Below, piece after piece: positions 37,758-46,687 of a stretch of 64,000 nt of DNA. The stretch lies in NCBI GenBank assembly GCA_964246985.1, contig CAXTSE010000016.1, positions 602 to 64,601 of the forward strand, read 5' to 3'. This stretch comes from an uncultured Microbacteriaceae bacterium. Lineage in GTDB: Bacteria > Actinomycetota > Actinomycetes > Actinomycetales > Microbacteriaceae. How positions within the stretch are numbered: position 1 is the stretch's first letter; each line of letters begins with the position of its first letter. Below the pieces are notes generated by a model that searched no databases, was not told where the DNA came from, and saw only the letters and a list, made by a program, of their open reading frames with translations. A program made the position numbers and the translations under genes.

Positions 37758-38452
37758 GGCGCAGCGAGATCGCGCGCCGGGCAGCCCTCGACTACCGGAA
37801 CGCGCTGCGGCTGCGCGGACTGCTGATCACGCAGCCGAGGGTGCCCGCGCGCTACGCCTCGGGCACCCGACGGCCGGTCGTCGTCCTGCCCGGCGTCTAC
37901 GAGACCTGGCACGCGATGATCCCGATCGCGGATGCGCTCAGCGATCGCGGGCATCCGGTGCACGTGGTCCCCGGCCTGGGCGCCAACGCCGGACCGATCC
38001 CCGACGCGGCCCGACTGGTCGCGCGCTTCCTTGAGCAGCGCGAGCTCGACGACGTCGCCCTCGTGGCCCACAGCAAGGGCGGGCTCATCGGCAAGCTGGC
38101 GATGGGCGGCCGAGGTGCCGCGCGCGTCGACCGGCTGGTCGCCCTCGCGACGCCGTTCGCGGGGTCGAGCATGTCGCGGTACATGCCGAGCCGCGCCCTG
38201 CGCGCGTTCCTGCCCAGCGACCCCGTCATCCGGGCGCTCGTCGAGGAGGTCGCGGTGAACGAGCGCATCACGTCCATCTACCCGCGCGTCGACCCGCACA
38301 TCCCCGGCGGGTCCCGCCTCGACGGCGCGCACAACGTCGAGCTCGACCTGGTCGGGCACTTCGGGCTGCTGCGTCACCCCGACGGCATCCGCGCCGCCGT
38401 CGAGGCCGTCGAGCGCGAGTCCGCCGCCGGGTCTAGCGTGGGATCTCGATGA
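37754..38452 (+). CDS. alpha/beta hydrolase (lipase/esterase-like)
   Basis: VVVLPGVYETW..., nucleophile elbow LVAHSKGGLIG. ATGA overlap with the upstream gene. Confidence 0.75.
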   Translation: MRRSEIARRAALDYRNALRLRGLLITQPRVPARYASGTRRPVVVLPGVYETWHAMIPIADALSDRGHPVHVVPGLGANAGPIPDAARLVARFLEQRELDDVALVAHSKGGLIGKLAMGGRGAARVDRLVALATPFAGSSMSRYMPSRALRAFLPSDPVIRALVEEVAVNERITSIYPRVDPHIPGGSRLDGAHNVELDLVGHFGLLRHPDGIRAAVEAVERESAAGSSVGSR

Positions 38453-39822
38453 CCAGACAGCAGAAGCTCGTGCTCACGATCGCGGTGCTCGCCTCGTTCG
38501 TGTCCTTCCTCGACAGCACCGTCGTCAACGTCGCCCTGCCCGCCATCATGCGCGAGCTCGGAGGCGGCATCGCGACCCAGCAGTGGGTCGTCGACGCCTA
38601 CCTGATCACGCTCGGCTCGCTGATCCTCGTGGCCGGCTCGATCAGCGACGTCTACGGTCGCATCCGCGTGATCCGCATCGGACTCATCGGATTCGGCATC
38701 GCCTCGGTCGCGATCGCCGCCTCGGTGAGCCCCGAGATGCTGATCGTCGCGCGTGCCGTGCAGGGCATCGCGGGCGCGCTGCTCGTGCCGAGCTCGCTCG
38801 CGCTCATCACCTCGACCTTCCGCGGTGCCGCGCAGGGGAAGGCGATCGGCATCTGGACGGGCATGACGAGCGCCGCGATGATCGCCGGACCGCTCGTGGG
38901 CGGCCTCTTCGTCGACCTGGCGTCGTGGCGGTTCGCGTTCCTCATCAACGTGCTGCCGATCGCGGTCGTGCTGGGGCTGCTCGTCATGCTCGGCCAGAAG
39001 GACGAGCACAGGGCCGGCACGTCGATCGACTACCTCGGGGCGGTGCTCTGCACGCTCGGCCTCGGCGGACCGGTCTTCGCGCTCATCGAGGGCCCGAACC
39101 TCGGCTGGGGGAGCCCGGCGATCCTGCTGCCGCTCATCCTCGGACTGCTCGCGTTCGCCGGATTCATCGTGCGGCAGCGCTTCGCCTCCGACCCGATCAT
39201 GCCGCTCGGCCTGTTCCGCTCGCGCAACTTCTCGGCGGGCAACATCGCCACGGCGCTCGTCTACGGAGCCCTCTCGCTGAACGGCTTCGTGCTCGGGGTG
39301 TACCTGCAGCAGGGCGCCGGACTGCCGGCCACGCTCGCGGGCCTCGCCTCGCTGCCGATCACGATCATCATGGTGCTCTTCAGCTCGCGCGTCGGCACGC
39401 TCGCCGGCCGCTACGGTCCGCGGCTCTTCATGACCGTCGGCCCGCTGGTCATCGCGGTCGGGGTGCTGCTCCTGCTGTTCGTCGGCGAGGACTTCGACTA
39501 CTGGACCCAGGTGCTGCCCGGCATCCTCGTCTTCGGCGTCGGCATCACGCTGACCGTGTCGCCGCTCACCTCGGCGATCCTCGGGGCGATCGAGACCGAG
39601 AGGTCCGGAATCGCGTCCGCCGTCAACAACGCCGTCTCGCGCGTGGCCGGGCTGATCGTCATCGCGATGATCGCGTTCATCGTCGGGGGCGAGATCGACC
39701 TCGACGGATTCCACCGGGCGACGATCGTCACCGCGGTGCTGATGGCGCTCGGCGGCGTCGTGTCGTTCATCGGCATCCGCAACCCGACGCCCGCGGATCG
39801 CGACGCGGCAGAGGCGCGCTAG
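38449..39822 (+). CDS. MFS transporter, DHA2 (drug:H+ antiporter, 14-TM) type
   Basis: FVSFLDSTVVNVALPAI...QWVVDAYLITLGSLILVAGSISDVYGR. ATGA overlap. Confidence 0.88.
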   Translation: MTRQQKLVLTIAVLASFVSFLDSTVVNVALPAIMRELGGGIATQQWVVDAYLITLGSLILVAGSISDVYGRIRVIRIGLIGFGIASVAIAASVSPEMLIVARAVQGIAGALLVPSSLALITSTFRGAAQGKAIGIWTGMTSAAMIAGPLVGGLFVDLASWRFAFLINVLPIAVVLGLLVMLGQKDEHRAGTSIDYLGAVLCTLGLGGPVFALIEGPNLGWGSPAILLPLILGLLAFAGFIVRQRFASDPIMPLGLFRSRNFSAGNIATALVYGALSLNGFVLGVYLQQGAGLPATLAGLASLPITIIMVLFSSRVGTLAGRYGPRLFMTVGPLVIAVGVLLLLFVGEDFDYWTQVLPGILVFGVGITLTVSPLTSAILGAIETERSGIASAVNNAVSRVAGLIVIAMIAFIVGGEIDLDGFHRATIVTAVLMALGGVVSFIGIRNPTPADRDAAEAR

Positions 39823-40382
39823 GGCCGATCCGCCTCGAGCGCCTGCCGCTCGCGGAACGCGATCATGTTCATGCGGTTGCCGCACCGCACGGTGCAGAAG
39901 CGCTTCGAGCCGTTGCGCGACAGATCGAGCACCAGCCCCGTGCAGTCGTCGGCCTCGCAGCGGCGCAGTCGCGACATCTCGTCCATGCGGATGACGTCCA
40001 TGAAGGCGAGCGCCGCCTCGACTCGCATGCGCTCGCCGAGTGGGGCGTCGTCGGCGGTGGCGTGCAGGTGCCAGTCGTAGCCGTCGTGCCGCTCGAGGTG
40101 GGGGATCGCGCGCGCCTCCCGCAGGATTCCGTTGACCTCGTCGACGGCGGGATCGCGCTCGAGGGCCCAGATGCGCCGCACCAGGTCGCGGGTGACGCGC
40201 ACTCCGTCGAGCTCGGCCTGGTCGCGATCGAGTCGGCCGGAGAACGGATAGCGGCCGATGAGCGCGCTCAGCTGCTCCACGGTGGCCAGCTCGTCGGTAC
40301 CCGAGCGGGAGGCGCCCGCGTCGGTGTTCGCGAGCGCGGCGGCGAACTCGAGCGACTCGGCCGCGTCAGGGGCAAAATGCAA
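39819..40382 (-). CDS. CGNR zinc-finger domain protein (putative stress-responsive regulator)
   Basis: C-terminus RRCEADDCTGLVLDLSRNGSKRFCTVRCGNRMN contains the CGNR motif. TTG start. 4-nt convergent overlap with the MFS gene. Confidence 0.75.
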   Translation of the reverse strand: MHFAPDAAESLEFAAALANTDAGASRSGTDELATVEQLSALIGRYPFSGRLDRDQAELDGVRVTRDLVRRIWALERDPAVDEVNGILREARAIPHLERHDGYDWHLHATADDAPLGERMRVEAALAFMDVIRMDEMSRLRRCEADDCTGLVLDLSRNGSKRFCTVRCGNRMNMIAFRERQALEADRP

Positions 40383-40463
40383 TTTGACTCCTCACGAACG
40401 CCGGTCCTACTGTCAGTGGTGACACCTACTTTAGGTCATGACGACGACGAGAGGGCGGAAGCC

Positions 40464-41642
40464 ATGAAACAGGGATCCACCGCGAGCGGACTCGCGATCG
40501 CCGTGCTCGGCTCACTCGCGTTCGGCACCTCCGGCGCACTCATCAAGCCGCTCCTCGAGGCCGGCTGGTCACCCGCCGCCGCGGTCACCGCGAGGGCGCT
40601 GACCGCAGCCGTCGTGCTCGCGCCCGTCGCGATCATCGCTCTCCGCGGCCGCTGGGCGGCGCTCTGGCGCGGCCGATGGCGCGTGCTCGGCATGGGCCTC
40701 GTCGGCGTCTCGGCGACGCAGCTGGCCTACTTCGCCGCCCTGCAGACGGTCCCGGTGTCGACGGCGCTGCTCATCGAGTTCCTCGCCCCTCTCCTGCTGG
40801 TGGGATTCGCCTGGGCGCGCACTCGGCGGATGCCGCATCCGGTCGTCCTCGTCGGATCCCTCCTCGCGGTGGCCGGCCTGGTGCTCGTCATCGGCCCCGG
40901 AGCGCTCCGCGCCGTCGATCCCGTCGGACTCGCGTTCGCGTTCACCGCGGCCATCGGCTGCGCCGTCTACTTCGTGATCGCCGCCCGCCCGAGCGACGAC
41001 CTGCCGCCCGTCGCGCTGTCGGCGGCGGGACTGCTGGTCGGCGGGCTGGCGCTGGCGGCGATCGGGGGCACCGGACTGCTGCCCATGAGCGCGTCCTTCG
41101 GCGCCCTGCCGCTGTTCGGCGGAACCGCCCCGTGGTGGGTTCCGCTGCTCCTCGTCGCGGTGGTCAGCACCGCCTTCGCCTACGCCGCGGGCATCACCGC
41201 CGCGGGTCGGCTCGGGTCGCGGCTGGCGTCGTTCGTGGGCCTGCTCGAGGTGGTCTTCGCCTCGCTGTTCGCCTGGCTCCTGCTCGGCGAGCAGCTCACG
41301 CCCGTCCAGCTGCTGGGCGGCGCGCTCATCCTCGGGGGCATCGCGGCGGTGCGGGCCGATCGCTCGGGTCGCGGGAGCGACGTCGCGAGTCAGCCCGTCA
41401 TCCGGCTTCCGGAGAGCACGAGCAGCACCACATCGATCACCGAGGCGGCGATGACCAGCCGGAACAGTCCCCGGACCGCCCCCCTGCGCACCCCGATCAC
41501 CGTGCCGACGGTGGCGATGGCCGCCGACGCGACGAGTCCCGCGATTCCGAGCGGGGGGCCGAGCCCGATCGCGAGCGCGATCGCGGCCCCCAGCAGCGCC
41601 GCCCAGGTCACCACGATCGACGGGGTGCTGCCGAGGCGGTGA
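40464..41642 (+). CDS. EamA/DMT-family transporter with about 90-aa non-membrane C-terminal extension
   Basis: 10 TM in two EamA halves, ending about 41365. The reading frame stays open to TGA 41640-41642, running antisense through the 3' end of the UbiA gene. Confidence 0.75.
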   Translation: MKQGSTASGLAIAVLGSLAFGTSGALIKPLLEAGWSPAAAVTARALTAAVVLAPVAIIALRGRWAALWRGRWRVLGMGLVGVSATQLAYFAALQTVPVSTALLIEFLAPLLLVGFAWARTRRMPHPVVLVGSLLAVAGLVLVIGPGALRAVDPVGLAFAFTAAIGCAVYFVIAARPSDDLPPVALSAAGLLVGGLALAAIGGTGLLPMSASFGALPLFGGTAPWWVPLLLVAVVSTAFAYAAGITAAGRLGSRLASFVGLLEVVFASLFAWLLLGEQLTPVQLLGGALILGGIAAVRADRSGRGSDVASQPVIRLPESTSSTTSITEAAMTSRNSPRTAPLRTPITVPTVAMAADATSPAIPSGGPSPIASAIAAPSSAAQVTTIDGVLPRR

Positions 41643-42214
41643 GGGAGGCCGCGCACGCCTGTCGCGGCGTCGTCGGCGAGGTCCGGCAGCACGTTCGCGA
41701 AATGGGCGCCGAGTCCGAGCAGGGCCCCCGCGGCGATCACCGGCAGGGCGGCGCCGACCGGCTCGGGCCGGGCCAGGGTCACGATGGCGGGCAGGGTGCC
41801 GAAGCTGACGAGGTAGGGGAGCGCCGACAGCGGCGTGCGCTTGAGCCCGACGTTGTACGACCAGGCCGAGACCAGGAACACCAGGTGCGCGAGCGCCGCC
41901 GGCAAGCCGAGCGGCAGGGACAGGACGACGGATGCGGCGGCCGCTCCCACGGCCACCTCCAGTGCCAGCCGGGCCGAGAGGTCTCCCCGCGCCACCGGCT
42001 TGTCGCGGCGGCCCACCGCGCGGTCCCGCGCGGCGTCGATGGCGTCGTTCGAGAGCCCGACCGAGCACTGCCCGAGCAGCATCACGGCCCCGAGCAGGGC
42101 GACGCGTCCGGCATCGAGCCCGCTCGCCACGCCGAGCAGCACCGTGATGAGGGTGACGGCGGCCCCCGGTCCGGGATGCGTCGACAGCGCGAGCGCGCGC
42201 AGTCGGGAGGCCAT
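41390..42214 (-). CDS. UbiA-family prenyltransferase
   Basis: NDAIDAARD (NDxxDxxxD), 8-9 TM, 274 aa. ATG 42214 inside ORF 41390..43237. Confidence 0.8.
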   Translation of the reverse strand: MASRLRALALSTHPGPGAAVTLITVLLGVASGLDAGRVALLGAVMLLGQCSVGLSNDAIDAARDRAVGRRDKPVARGDLSARLALEVAVGAAAASVVLSLPLGLPAALAHLVFLVSAWSYNVGLKRTPLSALPYLVSFGTLPAIVTLARPEPVGAALPVIAAGALLGLGAHFANVLPDLADDAATGVRGLPHRLGSTPSIVVTWAALLGAAIALAIGLGPPLGIAGLVASAAIATVGTVIGVRRGAVRGLFRLVIAASVIDVVLLVLSGSRMTG

Positions 42215-42256
42215 GGGTTCACAGTACGGGCGTCGCGTCGACCGTAGGATCGGGGC

Positions 42257-43330
42257 GTGTCGATCAGCACCACCGCTCCGCGCGTCTTCCGTGCGACCGC
42301 AGGCAGCACCGCCGTCGGAGCCGCGCTCATCGCCCTCGGCACCGCCGCCGCGGCGTTCGGTGCCGGCTGCGCCGTCATCCTGCTGGCGCACGGCGGCCTC
42401 CGCCGCAGCGTGCAGGACGTCGTGGTGACCATCGTCATCGTCGCCGTCGTGATCGCCGGGCTCGCCCTCATCGCGGCCCGGATCACGACCCGCGTCGTCG
42501 TCGAGGCCGGGGAGGTGCGCGTCGAGCGGCTCGGCCGCGTGATCCGCCGGTGGGATCGCCCGACGTCGCAGTTCGGCTCGCGCGCCGTCCGTACCGGTGA
42601 CGGGGCGACCGCCGCCACCGCCCGCCACCTCGTCGTCACCTCGGCCGGCTCCGTCGACGACTACCCGCTCTGGCGCTTCAGCGAGGAGCAGTTCACCGAG
42701 CTCGTGGCCCTGCTCGCCCCGGTGCGCCTGCCCGGCCCAGCCGCGGCCCCGACCGCGGCTGCGGAGGTCGCCGCTCCGGCGGTCGTGCCGACGTCCGGCA
42801 CCTTCGCGCTCGACAGGAGGCCGCTCACCCGCGTCGTGAGGCGCAGCCTGCTGGCCGGGCTCGGCTCGCTGCTCGTGCTCTTCGTCATCACGATCGTCGT
42901 GCTCGACCTGATCGCGGCCGACGACGAGACCTTCCCCGGCCTGCTCGCGCTCGCCGTGGCCGTCGTCGCCTTCCTCCTGCTGGCGTCGGCCGTCGTGGTG
43001 CGGCAGCGGGCGACGCTGACGCCGCTCCCGAGCGTCGTCCAGGTCTCGCCGTCGAGCATCCGCATCAGCGAGCGCACGGGCGAGCGCGATGTGCCGCTCG
43101 GCTCGCTCACGCGGATCGACGTCACGCCCTCGAGCTACACGGTGGGGCCGCGGATGCTCGTGCTCGTCCCCGCGGACGGCTCGCGGGCGGTCCGGGTGCC
43201 GCTCGGCGGCGCGGGCGTGACGCCGCAGCAGCGTCACGCGATCTTCCCGGAGTACGCGGCATTCGTCGACACCGTGCTCGCCGCGAGTGCCTGGCGAGGT
43301 CCCGGGTTCGTGAGGTTCCTGCTCGGCTGA
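42257..43330 (+). CDS. membrane protein with internal duplication (2 x [2 TM + about 80-aa beta-rich, PH-like module])
   Basis: TM pairs at aa about 17-75 and about 195-250, each followed by a soluble segment (EAGEVRVERLGRVIRRW... / SSIRISERTGERDVPLGSL...). GTG start. Confidence 0.6.
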   Translation: MSISTTAPRVFRATAGSTAVGAALIALGTAAAAFGAGCAVILLAHGGLRRSVQDVVVTIVIVAVVIAGLALIAARITTRVVVEAGEVRVERLGRVIRRWDRPTSQFGSRAVRTGDGATAATARHLVVTSAGSVDDYPLWRFSEEQFTELVALLAPVRLPGPAAAPTAAAEVAAPAVVPTSGTFALDRRPLTRVVRRSLLAGLGSLLVLFVITIVVLDLIAADDETFPGLLALAVAVVAFLLLASAVVVRQRATLTPLPSVVQVSPSSIRISERTGERDVPLGSLTRIDVTPSSYTVGPRMLVLVPADGSRAVRVPLGGAGVTPQQRHAIFPEYAAFVDTVLAASAWRGPGFVRFLLG

Positions 43331-43368
43331 GCGACGGATCCACGCGCGCCGGATACCCTGAAGGCGAC

Positions 43369-43851
43369 ATGCATCTCATCGAAGACGCCGACCTGCTGCG
43401 CGGCATCCTGCCCGGCCGGTGGACGATCACCGCGACCAACTTCCCCATGTGGCTGACCGGCGAGCGCCGCCAGCCGACCTTCGAGTACGGGGTGCTCCGC
43501 GACGATCCGCTGGTGCTCTCCGACGTCGTCAGCTACACCGACGCCGCGGGCAAGGTCAAGACGATCCGCGGCAAGGACCGCTGGCGGGGCCACCACTTCA
43601 CCTGGCGAGGCGCGGGTCCGCTCTCGCTGGTCACCAGCAACTGGGCCGTGATCCGCGCCGACGAGGATCTCGTGACGCTGCGCTTCGAGAAGTCGCTCGC
43701 GTCGCCGGCGGGCGTCGACATCATCGCCCGCGAGGGGATGGACTCGAGCGGCGTGCGCGCCTTCGTCGCCGCCGATCCCGCCGCGTTCGGCCTCACGATC
43801 GAGGAGTTCGCGAGCCTCACCTGGCTCGACCAGGTGCCGCCCGCCTCCTAA
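43369..43851 (+). CDS. hypothetical protein (160 aa)
   Basis: High GC3, no TM, no family recognised with confidence. Confidence 0.55.
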   Translation: MHLIEDADLLRGILPGRWTITATNFPMWLTGERRQPTFEYGVLRDDPLVLSDVVSYTDAAGKVKTIRGKDRWRGHHFTWRGAGPLSLVTSNWAVIRADEDLVTLRFEKSLASPAGVDIIAREGMDSSGVRAFVAADPAAFGLTIEEFASLTWLDQVPPAS

Positions 43852-44918
43852 TCGAGGAGCTCGGCCGGAAGGCCGACGAAGTCCCCGTACGCGGAGAGGG
43901 CACGCCGCACCGCGCGCAGCGTCCCGGCGCTCAGGGAGTCGAACGGCTGCAGCGTCACGGCGACCCGGCGCGCCGACCTCTCGCGCTTCCACGTGCCGAC
44001 GATCTCCCCGTCGACGACGATGAACGACAGGAACATGCCGTTGCCGCCCGGCACGACAGCGTCGGCGTGCTCCGGGGCGAGGATCGCGCTGCGATCGGTG
44101 TAGCCGAGCAGGTACTCGTCGAAGCCCGGCAGCAGGTGGACGGCCGACGAGGCCGGCTCGAGGCCGGGGCGGTGCAGGTACTCGACGTCGTCGACGACGA
44201 GCGCGTCGAGCTGATCGCGCACGGCGGCGAGCCCGGCCCGCGTGTCGGTGAGGGTCAGCCCCGACCACCAGGCCAGATCCCGCACCGTGGCCGGACCGTG
44301 GCCGGAGAAGTAGCGCAGCGCGAGCTCGGCCAGCGCCGCGTCGCGGGCGAGCACCCGCGGGGTGCGCGCCCACTCGTCGAGCAGCGCGTAGGTCCGCTGC
44401 CCGCTCAGCACCACGACGCCGGTGTGCGCGAGGTTGCCGAGCAGGTGTGCTCCGCGCTGGCCGGCCGTCGACACCCCGGCGTCGTCGAGGGCCGCGAGGA
44501 GCGCGGCACGCTCGACGTGCGCTCCGCCCGAGAGCCGGCCGCGGGCGACCTCCTCTGCTCGCGCGAAGTCCGAGTCGGTGAGCTCGAGCTGCCGATGGCG
44601 ACCGGCTGCGGTGCGCACCTGGCGCTCGCCGGTGAGCGCCAGCATCCAGCCCAGGTCGTCGGGGCTGGTGACGTGCAGGGTGCCGCGCATCGGCCAGGAC
44701 CGCACGAAGCCCCCGCTCTCGTGCGCGGCCTCGACGCTCGCGAACGTGCTCCCCGAGGTGCGTACGCCGATCGCCCACATCGTGCCGGGGTAGTCCTGTG
44801 CCTGCATCGCGAGCAGGGACCGCACGGTGGATGCCGGGTCGGGCGAGGCGGGATCCGCGACCCCGAGAGCGGTCAGACGCAGCGCGGCCAGCAGCCTCCG
44901 CTGCTCGGCCGTCGGCAT
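43848..44918 (-). CDS. winged-helix DNA-binding protein, YcaQ/AlkZ-like (DUF1006) family
   Basis: ...LLAMQAQDYPGTMWAIGVR...FVRSWPMRGTLHVTSPDDLGWML...HLLPGFDEYLLGY. ATG 44918 inside ORF 43848..45989. Confidence 0.75.
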   Translation of the reverse strand: MPTAEQRRLLAALRLTALGVADPASPDPASTVRSLLAMQAQDYPGTMWAIGVRTSGSTFASVEAAHESGGFVRSWPMRGTLHVTSPDDLGWMLALTGERQVRTAAGRHRQLELTDSDFARAEEVARGRLSGGAHVERAALLAALDDAGVSTAGQRGAHLLGNLAHTGVVVLSGQRTYALLDEWARTPRVLARDAALAELALRYFSGHGPATVRDLAWWSGLTLTDTRAGLAAVRDQLDALVVDDVEYLHRPGLEPASSAVHLLPGFDEYLLGYTDRSAILAPEHADAVVPGGNGMFLSFIVVDGEIVGTWKRERSARRVAVTLQPFDSLSAGTLRAVRRALSAYGDFVGLPAELLD

Positions 44919-45946
44919 CAGGCGCCGGACTCCGGCAGCAGGCCGATCTCGCTCAGCTGCGCGCTGAGTCCCGCCCCGTCGACCGCCGAGACCCAGGTGA
45001 TGTCGCCGCGCAGCTCGTTGGCGTCGCTGCGGCCGCCGGCCAGCACCGCCTGCCCGGGTGTCAGCTTGCGGATCGCGACCGCCGCGACGTTCTGCGGGTG
45101 CTCGGCCGCGAACTCGCCGTAGAGCATCGGGTCGTGCTGCCCGTCGTCGCCGATCAGCAGCCAGCGCACGTGCGGGAACTCGGCGGCGAGCCGCTTGAGG
45201 TTCTCGCGCTTGTGCTGGGGTCCGCTGCGGAACCAGCGCTCGACGGTGGGCCCCCAGTCGGTGAGCAGCAGCGGTCCGCGCGGGTAGAGGTTGCGGCTCA
45301 GGAAGCGGCTGAGGGTGGGGACGACGTTCCAGGCGCCCGTCGAGAGGTAGATGACGGGGGTGCCCGGATGCGCGCGGGCCAGCCGCTCGTAGAGCACCGA
45401 CATGCCCGCGACGGGGGTGCGCGCGTGCTCGTCGAGCACGAAGGTGTTCCAGGCCGCGAGCAGCGGGCGGGGGAGCGCAGTCACCATGACGGTGTCGTCG
45501 ACGTCGGAGACGATCCCGAAGTCGAGGTCGCCGTCGACGATGAAGACGGACGTCTCGACGGTGTGGCCGTCGGGGATGCTGAGGGTGATCATCTGCCAAC
45601 CGGGCGCGATCACCGCGTCGAGGTCGATCTCGATGTCGAGCACGCCGCCGCGGTCGGTCGTGATGGTGCGCACGCTCTCGCCGACGCGCACCTCGACCTG
45701 CACGTCGCGCACCGGGATCGACGTGAAGCTGCGCCACCCGCGGATGCCGGCCAGCGGCACCTTCCGGTCGCGCTCGGGACGCAGAACCACGCGCCCGAGG
45801 ACGCGCACCCAGCGGGGTCCGCCGTAGCCGGTGAACGGCAGGATCGTGGGCACGAGACCGCGGCCGCGACCGAACCCCTCGCGAAGGCCGTGCAGACGGT
45901 CCTCGAGGCGCGCCGCGAGGTGGGGGGAGGGGGAGGAGGCGGACAT
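44918..45946 (-). CDS. APP1-like phosphatidate phosphatase (DUF2183) family protein
   Basis: FGIVSDVDDTVMVT (DxDxT motif), LLIGDDGQHDP. Its stop shares one nt with the downstream start (TGATG). Confidence 0.75.
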   Translation of the reverse strand: MSASSPSPHLAARLEDRLHGLREGFGRGRGLVPTILPFTGYGGPRWVRVLGRVVLRPERDRKVPLAGIRGWRSFTSIPVRDVQVEVRVGESVRTITTDRGGVLDIEIDLDAVIAPGWQMITLSIPDGHTVETSVFIVDGDLDFGIVSDVDDTVMVTALPRPLLAAWNTFVLDEHARTPVAGMSVLYERLARAHPGTPVIYLSTGAWNVVPTLSRFLSRNLYPRGPLLLTDWGPTVERWFRSGPQHKRENLKRLAAEFPHVRWLLIGDDGQHDPMLYGEFAAEHPQNVAAVAIRKLTPGQAVLAGGRSDANELRGDITWVSAVDGAGLSAQLSEIGLLPESGA

Positions 45947-46033
45947 TTGGTTTCCAGTGTGACACGTGCGGAGTTTTGATCGTTTCCATAGCTTCGAGCG
46001 CTACAGTGGTGCGATCAGGCAGAGGAGATCAAA

Positions 46034-46687
46034 ATGCCAGAGGCCCACCTCTCACCCGCTCGCAACGACAATATCGCGGTCATCCGCAATGAGCCGGTGC
46101 AGGCACGCTCGACAGCGCGACTCGCGGCGCTGCTCGATGCCGCTGCAGAGGTCATCTCCGAGATCGGCTACGAGCGCCTGACGACGGCCATGGTGGCCGA
46201 CCGCGCGGGCGCCTCCATCGGCACCGTCTACCGATACTTCCCCGACCGCATCGCCGTGCTGCAGAGCCTCGCCGCCCGCAACGCCGAGCGCTACACCGGA
46301 CGCGTGCTCGACGAGCTGACCGATCCCCGCCACGCCGACTGGTCCGCTGCGCTGAGCGCCGCGATGGCCATCTTCGTCGAGGCCTACCGCACCGAGCCCG
46401 GCTTCGCCTCGCTCCGCCTCGGCGACGTGCTCGACCTCCGCCCCGCGGTCGGCTCGCCTGCGAACTCGATCCTCGCCGACCAGATGTTCCAGGCCCTCGT
46501 GGCCCGCTTCGACCTCGACGCGAGCGACGACGCGCGTCTCGCGTTCGAGGCGACCCTCGAGATGTCGGATGCGATAGCCGCCCGCGCCTTCTCGCGCGAC
46601 CCGCAGGGGCACGAGGCGTTCCTGAAGCACGGGTCCACGATGACGATGGCGCTGCTGGGCGACCATTTCGGGGTTCCTGCGCGCTGA
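46034..46687 (+). CDS. TetR-family transcriptional regulator
   Basis: HTH ERLTTAMVADRAGASIGTVYRYFPDR. Divergent from the APP1-like gene. Confidence 0.9.
   Translation: MPEAHLSPARNDNIAVIRNEPVQARSTARLAALLDAAAEVISEIGYERLTTAMVADRAGASIGTVYRYFPDRIAVLQSLAARNAERYTGRVLDELTDPRHADWSAALSAAMAIFVEAYRTEPGFASLRLGDVLDLRPAVGSPANSILADQMFQALVARFDLDASDDARLAFEATLEMSDAIAARAFSRDPQGHEAFLKHGSTMTMALLGDHFGVPAR

Noticed and set aside
41390-43237. 615-aa extension of the UbiA ORF (and 43848..45989, 713 aa, extension of the YcaQ-like ORF)
   Set aside because: - The upstream parts are Arg/Asp/Gly/His-rich and overlap well-supported genes on the other strand or in another frame.
- Internal ATGs at 42214 and 44918 give proteins of normal family length.
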